Assembly: GCA_044229845.1 (NCBI GenBank)
Contig: JBGASG010000010.1
Span: forward strand, 96,001 to 160,000
Direction: 5' to 3'
Length of the DNA stretch: 64,000 nt
DNA from: Candidatus Obscuribacteraceae bacterium
GTDB taxonomy: Bacteria > Cyanobacteriota > Vampirovibrionia > Obscuribacterales > Obscuribacteraceae
This document shows, piece after piece, positions 1 through 9,523 of the stretch. Numbering within the stretch: the stretch's first letter is position 1; each line of letters begins with the position of its first letter. The position numbers and the translations under genes are program-made. The notes under the pieces were generated by a model that ran no database searches, had not been told where the DNA came from, and saw only the letters and a program-made list of their open reading frames with translations.

Positions 1-830
1 TAGGTGACGCCGCTGCCCTCAACGACCTTTTCACGCGCTACAAGCCGACAGGGGTCATGCACTTTGGTGCTTCAGCTTATGTCGGTGTTTCGGAAAACGA
101 GCCTTTCAAGTATTACCAGAACAATGTCGTCAACTTCGTCAACTTGACTCAGGTCATGGATGCGCACAATGTGCGGCGTATTGTTTTCTCTTCCAGTTGC
201 GCAGTCTACGGCGATCCGCAAACAGTGCCGGTCGACGAAAACCATCCTCTGAAGCCGGTGAGCGTCTACGGACAGACGAAATACATGAACGAGATCATGT
301 TGCAGTCGCTGGCCCGCACCCGCGGATTGTCCTCGGTCAGCCTGCGGTACTTCAATGCTGCCGGCGCCGACGAATCAGGTGAAATCGGTGAACGGCATGA
401 CCCGGAAACTCATCTGATCCCTCTGGTGCTCAAAGTCGCCAAGGCACGCCGCGGTCACATCGACGTGTATGGTACTGACTACCCGACTCGTGACGGCTCG
501 TGCATACGCGACTATATTCACGTCACGGATCTGGCGCGTGCTCATATAGCGGCCCTTCAGCTCCTGGAGGGAGCAGGGGACGAAACCATCTGCCAGTTCA
601 TCAACCTGGGCACCGCAAATGGTGCATCGGTGCTGGAGGTGATCGACGTCTGCCGCAAAGTGACCGGCTTCGACATTCCCGCCAACCTGCAGCCGCGCCG
701 CCCGGGGGACGCTGCCGTGATTTACGCCAACAACGACAAGGCGGCTCGGTTGCTTAACTGGACGCCGCAATACAGCCTGGAGCGCATTGTCGAAACTGCC
801 TGGAAATGGGAGCAGCATGGTAAATTCTAG
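1..830 (+). CDS. galE: UDP-glucose 4-epimerase (5' end lies before the window)
   Basis: Frame open from the window edge (GDAAALNDLFTRYKPTGVMHF); motifs FSSSCAVYG, YGQTK (YxxxK), LRYFNAAGA, ETHLIP, DGSCIRDYIHV. Confidence 0.93.
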   Translation, partial: GDAAALNDLFTRYKPTGVMHFGASAYVGVSENEPFKYYQNNVVNFVNLTQVMDAHNVRRIVFSSSCAVYGDPQTVPVDENHPLKPVSVYGQTKYMNEIMLQSLARTRGLSSVSLRYFNAAGADESGEIGERHDPETHLIPLVLKVAKARRGHIDVYGTDYPTRDGSCIRDYIHVTDLARAHIAALQLLEGAGDETICQFINLGTANGASVLEVIDVCRKVTGFDIPANLQPRRPGDAAVIYANNDKAARLLNWTPQYSLERIVETAWKWEQHGKF

Positions 831-832
831 GT

Positions 833-1960
833 ATGCAAGAAGTTGACGTTCTCATTGTTGGCGCCGGGCCGGTCGGTTGCGTCATTGCTGAGCGCGTCGC
901 CAACGAGCTTGATCTCCTTGTCCTGATCGTCGAGCAACGAAATCATGTCGCGGGCAACACCTACGATCGCACGCACGAATCCGGGGTGATGATCCATCAG
1001 TACGGTCCGCACTATTTCCGCAGCGACAGCGAGTCTTTGATTCAGTACCTGTCGAAGTGGACCGAATGGCATCCGGGCAACTACGTCGTCAAGGTCTTCA
1101 CGCGCGGCGAGCTGTTTCCCTTTCCGATCAATCTCGATACGCTCGAACAATTCTTCGGGCGAAAGTTCACCTCAGAAGAAGCTCAAGAGCACTTGGAGCA
1201 GATTCGCGCGAAGATCGAAGACCCGAAAAACTCAGAAGAGTTCGTGTTGTCGCGCGTCGGACGCGAACTGTACGAGGCGTTTTACTACGGCTATACATGT
1301 AAGCAATGGGGTCAAACTCCCGCCGAGCTCAATCCTTCTGTATGCGGACGCATTCCAATCAGGTTCAATCGCGACAATCGGTATGTGAACCAGAAGTTTC
1401 AGCAGATGCCCGCGCGCGGCTACACGGCACTGTTCACCAATATGATCGAGCATCCCAAAATCGAGGTCATGCTCAACACAAGCTATCGCGACATCAAAGA
1501 CAAAATCAAACCGCGGTTTGCCACCGTGTATTGTGGACCTCTGGACGACTATTTCAATTACCAACTGGGCTCGCTGCCGTGGCGCAGTCTGGACTTCGAC
1601 TTCAAAAACTACGACCAGGAGTTCAAACAACCCTGCGTGCAGATCAACTATCCAAACGATCACGAATACACGCGGTCGGTGGAAATCAAGCACGTGACCG
1701 CCCAGCAGGCACCAAATACAGTGGTGTCCTACGAATACTCCAAAGCCACCGGCGATCCCTATTATCCGGTGCCCGACATTCAGAATCAAAAACTGCTGTC
1801 CCGCTATCGCGAGTTGGCCGAGGGTGAGAAGAAAAACAACGTATACTTTGTGGGGCGGCTTGCCGAGTATCGTTATCTGAACACGGACGAAGCCATCGAG
1901 CGAGCGCTTTCTGTATACGCGGAAATTCGGAACCAGATCAAGTGTCAGAACTCTGCGTAG
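833..1960 (+). CDS. glf: UDP-galactopyranose mutase
   Basis: GAGPVG FAD motif, HQYGPHYF, YTCKQWG, PYYPV, GRLAEYRY; directly after galE. Confidence 0.93.
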   Translation: MQEVDVLIVGAGPVGCVIAERVANELDLLVLIVEQRNHVAGNTYDRTHESGVMIHQYGPHYFRSDSESLIQYLSKWTEWHPGNYVVKVFTRGELFPFPINLDTLEQFFGRKFTSEEAQEHLEQIRAKIEDPKNSEEFVLSRVGRELYEAFYYGYTCKQWGQTPAELNPSVCGRIPIRFNRDNRYVNQKFQQMPARGYTALFTNMIEHPKIEVMLNTSYRDIKDKIKPRFATVYCGPLDDYFNYQLGSLPWRSLDFDFKNYDQEFKQPCVQINYPNDHEYTRSVEIKHVTAQQAPNTVVSYEYSKATGDPYYPVPDIQNQKLLSRYRELAEGEKKNNVYFVGRLAEYRYLNTDEAIERALSVYAEIRNQIKCQNSA

Positions 1961-2694
1961 TGATGCCGGTTTTCAACGAGGAGCGAGCCATCCGCGGAGC
2001 GGTTCTGGAGTGGCTGACCGAGTTGCGCCGCCTGCAGATAGATTTCCGCTTTCTAGTATTGAACGATGGCTCCACCGACGGCACTCTCCAGGAAGTAAGC
2101 GGTCTCTCCGGCGGCGAGCCGGAACTGGAGGTACTCGACAAACCCAACACCGGGCATGCCGACAGCTGCATGCGCGGTTATCGGCAGGCGATCGAAAATG
2201 GCGACCTGTGGATTCTCCAGATCGATTCGGATGGGCAGTGCGATCCTAAGTACTTCGCGGAAGTCTGGCGGCAACGCGATGAAAAAATTGCTGTCCAGGG
2301 ATTTCGCGTCTCACGCGAGGATGGTTTCATTCGGCTTTTGATGTCTCGCGTGCTGAGCGTTTGCCTCTATCTTGCGTCGGGCGGTACGTATGTGCGCGAC
2401 CTCAACGTTCCTTATCGACTCATGCATCGCAGCACGCTCAAACAGGCCGTAGTACTGGTGCCTGAACGGTTTCCTCTCTCGAACATTCTGCTCTCCTACA
2501 TTTACGAAAAATATTTCGGCATTCGCTGGGTCGATATCAACTTTCGCGACCGCTGGTTTGGTTCGTCGAAGACCAATCTGCCGAAAACCGCTCAGATAGC
2601 CATCCAATTTTTCGACGAGTTCAGCAAAGTCAAACCGCAAATCGAGGCACAGCGGCGGGCGGCTGCCATTGAACAACAACAACGGCAAGAGTAA
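1942..2694 (+). CDS. Glycosyltransferase family 2 (Dpm1/GtrB-like)
   Basis: VVMPVFNEE, NDGSTDGT, IDSDGQ (DxD). Confidence 0.88.
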   Translation: MSELCVVMPVFNEERAIRGAVLEWLTELRRLQIDFRFLVLNDGSTDGTLQEVSGLSGGEPELEVLDKPNTGHADSCMRGYRQAIENGDLWILQIDSDGQCDPKYFAEVWRQRDEKIAVQGFRVSREDGFIRLLMSRVLSVCLYLASGGTYVRDLNVPYRLMHRSTLKQAVVLVPERFPLSNILLSYIYEKYFGIRWVDINFRDRWFGSSKTNLPKTAQIAIQFFDEFSKVKPQIEAQRRAAAIEQQQRQE

Positions 2695-3197
2695 TGGTTA
2701 AGTGCGATCACAGTGATACCAGACTCAGTTGCGTCGATTGCTCGCAGCCGGTCTGTCCCGGCTGCATGGTGCAGTGCGCCGTCGGTCAGCGCTGCCCCAA
2801 GTGCACCGGCAAGTTCACCAGCCATGTGGCTAAATCTGCAAAGTTTTCGCTGGCCAAAACTTTGCTCTTCAGTTTTGCTTCCGGATTCGGCCTCTGTTGT
2901 CTGTCCATGATGCTCAGCGCGGTGATGGGTTTGCTCAGCTGTTTCAACCTGGTCATCGTCGGCTTTTTCGGTGTCATGCTCGGGCAAAAAATCAATCAGA
3001 CGGTGGGTTTGGGCAACGCACGCAAATACATGCCCTGGGTGGGAGCAGCTTGCGCAGCCGGCGTACTGGTGCATCCGGTTGGCTGGGCGATGGTCTTCTC
3101 ACTGATGATGGGCGACCTGTCAATCATCGCTGCAGCATGGCTGGCGCCTGTTTTGATTGTGCTGACCGTGATGGCGCCGATTATTTCCGATTCGTAG
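2694..3197 (+). CDS. Membrane protein with N-terminal Cys-rich (B-box-like) zinc finger
   Basis: CxxC..CxxC..CxxC (CVDC, CPGC, CPKC) then about four hydrophobic helices; TAATG overlap with the upstream gene. Confidence 0.7.
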   Translation: MVKCDHSDTRLSCVDCSQPVCPGCMVQCAVGQRCPKCTGKFTSHVAKSAKFSLAKTLLFSFASGFGLCCLSMMLSAVMGLLSCFNLVIVGFFGVMLGQKINQTVGLGNARKYMPWVGAACAAGVLVHPVGWAMVFSLMMGDLSIIAAAWLAPVLIVLTVMAPIISDS

Positions 3198-3430
3198 AAT
3201 AGAGTCGCAGAGGGCGATTCGTCGATTCCGGTCGATGAGAGACAGCCCTTCCTACTATCGATGCTGGGCCTCATATCGGTCGTTGGTTGGGCGATTTGGG
3301 GATCGGTCCTAAATTAAGCTTCGCTCAACGGGAGATCGGAGGGCACCAACCACAAGCTATCCTACGCGGAAACGCGTTGACCTGGTCCGCGGATGGAAGT
3401 GTAGATCAGCCTTTGACAACGAGGGGTTTT

Positions 3431-4780
3431 ATGACAGCCGGGAAGCAGAAAAAGAACGTAATCATCATGGGTGCCGCCGGACGGGACTTTCATGACTTCA
3501 ACGTGTTCTGGAAAAACGAGCCCAACTGCAACGTTGTGGCATTCACCGCCGCTCAGATTCCGGACATCGCCGGAAGAACTTATCCAGCTCAATTAGCTGG
3601 GCCTAACTATCCGAAGGGTATTGCCATCGAGGACGAGGCGAACATCGCCAAGCTGATCAAACAGCACGAAGTCGACGAATGCGTGCTCGCTTATTCCGAC
3701 TTGAATCATAAGGACGTCATGCACAAAGCTGCTGCCGTCAACGCTGCCGGCGCCGCCTTCAAAATGCTGGGCTGGCAACAGACCATGATTCCTTCCCAAA
3801 AACCAGTGATTGCCATTTGCGCAGTGCGCACCGGCTGCGGCAAAAGCCAGACAACCCGCAAAGTCTGCGAATACCTGAAAGCAGCCGGCCTGCGCGTGGC
3901 GGTCGTGCGTCACCCGATGCCCTACGGCGATTTGACGAAACAAATCTGTCAGCGCTTCGCCACTCTCGAAGACCTCGATAAGCATGAGTGCACCATCGAA
4001 GAGCGCGAAGAATACGAACCACATATCGTGGCCGGCAACCTGCTGTTCGCTGGTATCGATTACGGTGCCATTCTGGAAGCCGCAGAAAAAGAAGCCGACG
4101 TGATCGTCTGGGACGGCGGCAATAACGATCTGCCGTTTTTCAAACCGAGCCTGCACATCGTGGTCACCGACCCGCATCGTCCGGGACACGAGATGTCCTA
4201 CTATCCGGGCGAAACCAACCTGCGCATGGCCGACATAATTGTCATCAACAAAGTCGACACCGCATCAATCGACAATATCGCTATCGTCGAAGCCAACATT
4301 CGCGCCGTTAACCCGAATGCGAAAGTCGTGAAAGCCGAATCGCAAATCACGGTTGCCGATCCCGAACTGGTCAAAGGCAGTCGCGTGCTCGTCGTCGAAG
4401 ACGGACCGACATTGACTCACGGAGAAATGGCTTTCGGCGCCGGCTACGTCGCCGCCAAGCGCGGCGGTGCTTCGGAAATCGTGGACCCGCGTCCGACCGC
4501 AGTCGGTTCAATAAAAGATACGTTCGAGCACTATCGCCACATCACCGAGATTTTGCCGGCGATGGGCTATGGCGAAAAACAAATGTCAGAGCTGGAGAAA
4601 ACGATCAACTCGACGCCCTGCGATCTGGTCTTGATCGGCACTCCGATTGACTTGTCTCGCCTGCTGAAAATCAACAAGCCGACGACTCGCGTCACTTATG
4701 ACCTGGTCGAACAAGACTCGGATCACCTGCGCAAGATGATTGAAAAAGTTACTTCGAAGAAAGAGGCGTGTGCAAAATGA
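3431..4780 (+). CDS. P-loop NTPase of the cyclic 2,3-diphosphoglycerate synthetase-like / arginine synthetase (ArcE) family
   Basis: IIMGAAGRDFHDFN, RTGCGKS P-loop, RHPMPYG, TIEEREEYE, WDGGNND, EDGPTLTHG; GAGGGG SD before ATG 3431. Confidence 0.85.
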   Translation: MTAGKQKKNVIIMGAAGRDFHDFNVFWKNEPNCNVVAFTAAQIPDIAGRTYPAQLAGPNYPKGIAIEDEANIAKLIKQHEVDECVLAYSDLNHKDVMHKAAAVNAAGAAFKMLGWQQTMIPSQKPVIAICAVRTGCGKSQTTRKVCEYLKAAGLRVAVVRHPMPYGDLTKQICQRFATLEDLDKHECTIEEREEYEPHIVAGNLLFAGIDYGAILEAAEKEADVIVWDGGNNDLPFFKPSLHIVVTDPHRPGHEMSYYPGETNLRMADIIVINKVDTASIDNIAIVEANIRAVNPNAKVVKAESQITVADPELVKGSRVLVVEDGPTLTHGEMAFGAGYVAAKRGGASEIVDPRPTAVGSIKDTFEHYRHITEILPAMGYGEKQMSELEKTINSTPCDLVLIGTPIDLSRLLKINKPTTRVTYDLVEQDSDHLRKMIEKVTSKKEACAK

Positions 4781-5688
4781 ATTCCACAATGAATAAATCC
4801 ATCGTATACGACCGCGCGGATCAACTGCCGCAGAACTTCCTCGCCTCTTGCCGCAAAATGCCGTTGCCCACCACCATGCTCATGTGCCGCCCGGAAAACT
4901 TCGACGTAGTCGATGTGAAAAATCCGCACATGGAAGGCAACATCGGCAATGTCGACAAAGGCAAAGCCGTTTCTCAATGGGATGCGGTGCGCGAAGCGTT
5001 TCTTCAATCAGAAGCGCAAGTCGAACTGATCGAGCCGGTACCGGACTGCGAAGACATGGTGTTCTGCGCCAATCAAACCTTCGTTGGACTGGATGCCGAC
5101 GGCAAGAAACTTTGCGTGCTCAGTCAGATGAAACACGCATCCCGTCAAAGAGAAGTGGCAGCTTTCGGAAAGTGGTTCGGCGAGCGCGGCTATCGCGTGG
5201 AGAATCTGCCCGGGCAGATCGGCTTCGAAGGATCGGGCGATGCCATCTGGCATCCAGGCAGAGCACTGGTCTGGGGCGGCAGCGGCTTCCGCACCGAGAG
5301 TGAAGTCTATCCGCACATCAGCTCGTTCTTCGGCGTTCCCGTCATTCGCTTGCCGCTTAAATCCGATCGCTTCTATCACCTCGATACGTGCTTCTGCGCA
5401 ATCGACGAAGAGACCGTATTGATCAATCCGCGCTCACTCACCGAAGAGGGAGTGGCGATGATCCGTGCCGTGTTCAAGAACGTCATCGAGTGTGATGAGC
5501 AGGAAGCCAACGAAGGCATGGCTTGCAATGCCACCGCCATCGGCGCCAAGCATGTGTCAATCCAGAAAGGCAACGACAAGACGGTTGCGGCTCTGCAGAA
5601 GCTCGGCTACAAGGTGATCGAAGTCGACACTTCGGAATATCTGAAATCGGGCGGCAGCGTCTTCTGCATGAAGATGTACGTGTTCTAG
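4777..5688 (+). CDS. Pentein (amidinotransferase superfamily) hydrolase resembling the ArgZ arginine dihydrolase domain / citrullinase
   Basis: NPHMEGN, DMVFCAN, FEGSGD, FYHLDTCFC, ACNA, KSGGSVFCM (Glu-His-Cys catalytic set); ATGA overlap with the upstream gene. Confidence 0.85.
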   Translation: MNSTMNKSIVYDRADQLPQNFLASCRKMPLPTTMLMCRPENFDVVDVKNPHMEGNIGNVDKGKAVSQWDAVREAFLQSEAQVELIEPVPDCEDMVFCANQTFVGLDADGKKLCVLSQMKHASRQREVAAFGKWFGERGYRVENLPGQIGFEGSGDAIWHPGRALVWGGSGFRTESEVYPHISSFFGVPVIRLPLKSDRFYHLDTCFCAIDEETVLINPRSLTEEGVAMIRAVFKNVIECDEQEANEGMACNATAIGAKHVSIQKGNDKTVAALQKLGYKVIEVDTSEYLKSGGSVFCMKMYVF

Positions 5689-5742
5689 AGTTTTTCAGAG
5701 CCGGGATGCCGGTTCGAGAAACTACGCAAACTAGCAGCTTAA

Positions 5743-5777
5743 GAAACAGGCACGGCATCAATTGCGGTGCCTGTTTC
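5743..5777 (+). terminator. Stem-loop after the arginine-metabolism pair, possible terminator
   Basis: gaaacaggcac ... gtgcctgtttc perfect 11-bp inverted repeat; weak U-tract. Confidence 0.5.
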
Positions 5778-6125
5778 GTCACAGACGTAAATTAAACGTC
5801 ACAGAAGCAGGTGCGTTCGGACGCCGATTTACCAATCACTAACTAAAGTTTTCATGTAGGCAGAACGGCTCAGACCCACCTCTCCGATGCCTTTTGCAAA
5901 GTTGAACGGCACACGACTCAGCCGCGGGAACCGCGTGCCCGGCAGGCTTGGAACTGCAGCAAATGTATTGAACCGATACGTTTCGCGGCACGGAAATGCC
6001 CCTGGTGTATAATCTGCCTCAGCTTTTGTCTCACTTTTGTTGTGCTCCCTGCTGGGGCCGATCATTTGTTCCGATGGTAGAGGCCCAGGCCAGTCAGAGT
6101 CTCAAGAAGAAGGGAGGAAGAAATA

Positions 6126-6500
6126 ATGGAGGTAAAGCCAGTGTTTCGTCCACTAGTCAGAATCGCATTCCTTGCCCGCGCAACTTTCGAAGTCGGTCGC
6201 GAACGCGTTGAAGACGCGATCGATGCCCTCACCGCTCGCGCCAGCGAAGCCAAATCCACCGGCGAAGAAAGACTGCACGAAGGGCAGGACAAAGTAAAAC
6301 AAGTCGCCAGCGAACTCTACCAACAAGTTTGGCAGCGTTCCGAAGTGCTGGAAAGCCAGGTGCGTGAAAAACTGAAACGCCAAGTTGCAGATTTCTCGCT
6401 CGGCGCTCTCGGCGATGCCACTGAAATCAACGAGCTTCGTGCTGAGCTAGCCACTCTGCGCGCCGAACTCAACGACCTCAAAGGCAAAGCAACAGCCTAA
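6126..6500 (+). CDS. Small coiled-coil protein, phasin/granule-associated-like
   Basis: GGGAGG SD; helical 124 aa ending ATEINELRAELATLRAELNDL; own terminator. Confidence 0.55.
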   Translation: MEVKPVFRPLVRIAFLARATFEVGRERVEDAIDALTARASEAKSTGEERLHEGQDKVKQVASELYQQVWQRSEVLESQVREKLKRQVADFSLGALGDATEINELRAELATLRAELNDLKGKATA

Positions 6501-6520
6501 GCACGGCTTCAAAGAATTAC

Positions 6521-6550
6521 AAGGCGACACTCCACAGTGTCGCCTTTTTT
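6521..6550 (+). terminator. Rho-independent terminator
   Basis: aaggcgacact-ccac-agtgtcgcctt followed by a T run. Confidence 0.85.
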
Positions 6551-6757
6551 CTGGCCTCAGCTCGCAACATCGAAGTCAAGCGGCGCCCGCAAGCAAAGCC
6601 CTCTCCCTGTCCCAAGAACTGAATTGATATCACTTCAGTTTTTGGTTGGCGCCGGCAGATGAAATCACTTTCTGTAGCGAGGAATTTGTCAAGCGGGCCG
6701 GTCGGTGCTCTATTTGACTTATACTTCTAGTTGTCATTGTCGATGTTTCCTGCACAA

Positions 6758-8683
6758 ATGACCCAGTCTTTGAGTAAGCCATCACCTGATGTGGCGTCCG
6801 ATGCAAAAGGTGCGCCGTATGCTTCGCCGCCACCGTTGCCTGGCGGGCTGTCGCTCAAAGAGGTCTACGACCCCGCCAAAGCTGATGCGGCAGTGCACCT
6901 GCCCACACTCTTGTTCGACGAGCGGTTCTGGGAGCTGGCGACGACACTGGCGCGATTTTTCGTGGTTTCGTTTCTTTCAGTCGTCCTGCCCGACAAGCGG
7001 CTGACCGCCGAACAAAGGCGGCGCGAGAAAGCTGAGCGCATCAAAGATTTGCTGATCGAACTGGGTCCGACTTTCATCAAACTCGGACAGTTTCTTTCGG
7101 TGCGCCGCGATGTGCTGCCGGAAGAAGTGGCGGATGAACTGAAGTGTCTGCAAGACAAAGTGCCGCCGTTCAATTTGCAGTTGGTGCGCAAGACAATTCT
7201 CTCCGACCTGGGACAAGCACCGGAAGAGCTTTTCTCCGATTTCAGCGAGAAACCGCTCGCTTCCGCCAGCATCGGACAGGTACACCTGGTGAAACTCAAA
7301 GATGGTCGGCGCGCCGTCATCAAAGTGCAGCGCCCCGATCTGGCTACGGAGTTTTATCGCGACCTGGGTCTGATGCGGCTTTTCGCGCGCGCCGGCAATT
7401 GGGTGACGTCGCAGGGTCGACGTTTTTCTACCATCTTCAAAGGCGTGCGCACTTCCAATCGACTGTTGCGCCGGCGCCAACTCAACTTCGACGCCTGGAT
7501 CGAACTGTCGCATGAATTCGGGCGCACGCTGTTTGCCGAAATTGATTATTTGCAAGAAGGACGCAACGCGGATCGTCTGCGCAAAATTCTGCACAAGCAC
7601 GCCAACATCCGCATTCCGCGGGTGATCTGGAAGTACACTGGCCGGCGAGTACTGGCGCTGGAATATATTCCGGGCGTAAAAATCGATCGTGTCGATGAGC
7701 TGAAAGCGCAGGGCTTCAACCTCGAAGAACTGGGCAACATGCTGATCAACTGCTATCTGGAGCAGTTCATTCTCACCGGTTTCTTTCACGCCGATCCGCA
7801 TGCCGGCAACCTGGCGATTGATCCATACGGCAATCTGATCATTTACGACTTCGGCATGATGGGCGAGATTACCGAAGAGCAAAGGCGCGGCATGTCGGCG
7901 CTCGTGCATGCCACCGTCAAGAAAGACCCGCAGGAAATTGCCAACCAACTGGTGAAACTGGGGATTGTGATTCCGGACGCCGATCTGGAAGCACTGGCCC
8001 GTGCGGTGCAGCCTTTCATCGACTATTACGGCGGGCAAGGTCTGATGGAGCTCGACTTCACTCACCTCGAGCAGGACATCGAAAACCTGATTACAAAACG
8101 CAGTTTCCGCCTGCCACCAAGCCTTGCATATCTGTTGCGGGCCGGCAGCACCCTGGAGGGCATCGCACGTACCCTCAAGCCCGACTTCAGCTTTATCGCC
8201 GCAGTGCAGCCAGTTATACGCAAATGGGCGCTTTCGGACGGGCTCAGTTATCTGGCCCGCGAAGGCAAATTGTTGGCATTCGCCAACCTGGCCCTGGAAG
8301 AATTGCGCTCAAAAGACGGCGGCGCCAAGCGCAAAAAGACAGCCGAATCGGCTACTTTGCCCGCAATTGTCGAAAGCACGGCTTTGAACACCGGTGCATA
8401 TTCGGACGCTCAGCCCTGCAAATCCTGCACAGATCACAATTCAAGAGCAAATAGTCTGAGGAAAACGCTGATAACAAGCATCAAATTGGGGTATGGTTAC
8501 GTAGCAGTTTCTACCGCAGGATTGGTATTTTTGGGGGCTACAGGCTCGCAAAGCCATTTACAACCGATCTTATGTTTATTGATAGGAAATTCTGTTTTAG
8601 GGGCAATAATAATTAGGAAATTGCACCAGGCAATGACGTACGTTCCTGATTCAGCCGGGGATAAGAAGGGCAATTGCAAATGA
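6758..8683 (+). CDS. ABC1/UbiB/AarF family atypical kinase with C-terminal membrane anchor (start uncertain, 6731-6758)
   Basis: LGPTFIKLGQ, ASASIGQVH, IKVQRP, FHADPHAGN, YDFGM. Confidence 0.92.
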   Translation: MTQSLSKPSPDVASDAKGAPYASPPPLPGGLSLKEVYDPAKADAAVHLPTLLFDERFWELATTLARFFVVSFLSVVLPDKRLTAEQRRREKAERIKDLLIELGPTFIKLGQFLSVRRDVLPEEVADELKCLQDKVPPFNLQLVRKTILSDLGQAPEELFSDFSEKPLASASIGQVHLVKLKDGRRAVIKVQRPDLATEFYRDLGLMRLFARAGNWVTSQGRRFSTIFKGVRTSNRLLRRRQLNFDAWIELSHEFGRTLFAEIDYLQEGRNADRLRKILHKHANIRIPRVIWKYTGRRVLALEYIPGVKIDRVDELKAQGFNLEELGNMLINCYLEQFILTGFFHADPHAGNLAIDPYGNLIIYDFGMMGEITEEQRRGMSALVHATVKKDPQEIANQLVKLGIVIPDADLEALARAVQPFIDYYGGQGLMELDFTHLEQDIENLITKRSFRLPPSLAYLLRAGSTLEGIARTLKPDFSFIAAVQPVIRKWALSDGLSYLAREGKLLAFANLALEELRSKDGGAKRKKTAESATLPAIVESTALNTGAYSDAQPCKSCTDHNSRANSLRKTLITSIKLGYGYVAVSTAGLVFLGATGSQSHLQPILCLLIGNSVLGAIIIRKLHQAMTYVPDSAGDKKGNCK

Positions 8684-9441
8684 CAACATTGAAATGGCGT
8701 GTGGCTGCGAAAACAGACCCAGGCTGCCAGCGCCAGAAGAACGAGGACAACTACTTCGTTAGTCCTGACAATCGTGTGTTCGCTGTTGCGGACGGCATGG
8801 GCGGCGCCCTTGGCGGCGCACGCGCATCGAAACTGACCGTTGAGGCAATTGAAGCCCTTTGGAAAGAAAATCCCCCCTCTTCCGCCGACCGTGACGCCAT
8901 CAGACAGTGGCTGGTAGACGCCGTCACCGCCGCTAATCGCTCGGTATTTACCGTCGCTGAACAAGACTCCAGCGTCCGCGGCATGGGCACGACCGTAGTG
9001 GTCGCCGTACAATCCGATGACAATCACCTCCACATCGCCCACGTAGGCGATTCCAGAGCCTATCTGGTGCGCGAAGGGAAGCCGGTATTGTTGACTCAAG
9101 ACCATTCAGTCGTGCAAGAAATGGTCAGAGCCGGCCGCCTTACCGAAGAGCAGGCCAGAATCAATCCTTACAAAAACTTAATAACTCGCTGCCTCGGGCA
9201 TGACGACAAGGTGGAAATCGACCAGACGCCTGTCGAACTTAAACCCGAGGACTGGATCGTGCTCTGCACGGACGGACTGCCGACCGTCCTGCGCGACGAG
9301 CAAATCGGTGAAGTGGTGGAAGGCGTTACCGAGCCGGAATCCGCTTGCGACGAACTGGTAAAACACACAATAGACGGCGGTGCCCCAGACAACGTGACGG
9401 TAGTTGCCGTTCGTTACGAGTCAGACAACGGACAGGGCTGA
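8680..9441 (+). CDS. PP2C-family Ser/Thr protein phosphatase (Stp1/PrpC-like)
   Basis: NED, VADGMGG, MGTT, HVGDSRAY, LCTDGL, DNVT; ATGA overlap. Confidence 0.93.
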   Translation: MTTLKWRVAAKTDPGCQRQKNEDNYFVSPDNRVFAVADGMGGALGGARASKLTVEAIEALWKENPPSSADRDAIRQWLVDAVTAANRSVFTVAEQDSSVRGMGTTVVVAVQSDDNHLHIAHVGDSRAYLVREGKPVLLTQDHSVVQEMVRAGRLTEEQARINPYKNLITRCLGHDDKVEIDQTPVELKPEDWIVLCTDGLPTVLRDEQIGEVVEGVTEPESACDELVKHTIDGGAPDNVTVVAVRYESDNGQG

Positions 9442-9523
9442 GCGCCCGACTTCAGCCGGCAGCCACGTTGATCTCGTGGCAGGCTGGCACCAGGCAAGCC
9501 CCAATGTGGATTGCGACTGATAA

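Noticed and set aside
5700..5740. ggttcga as a tRNA T-loop
   Set aside because: No cloverleaf or acceptor stem; the same holds for similar hits near 32285 and 62015
5829..6065. 78-aa minus-strand ORF in the intergenic gap
   Set aside because: No SD or recognisable protein features; the gap more likely holds the promoter (tgtataat near 6006) of the next gene
6977..8065. 362-aa minus-strand ORF
   Set aside because: Antisense shadow of the ABC1 kinase
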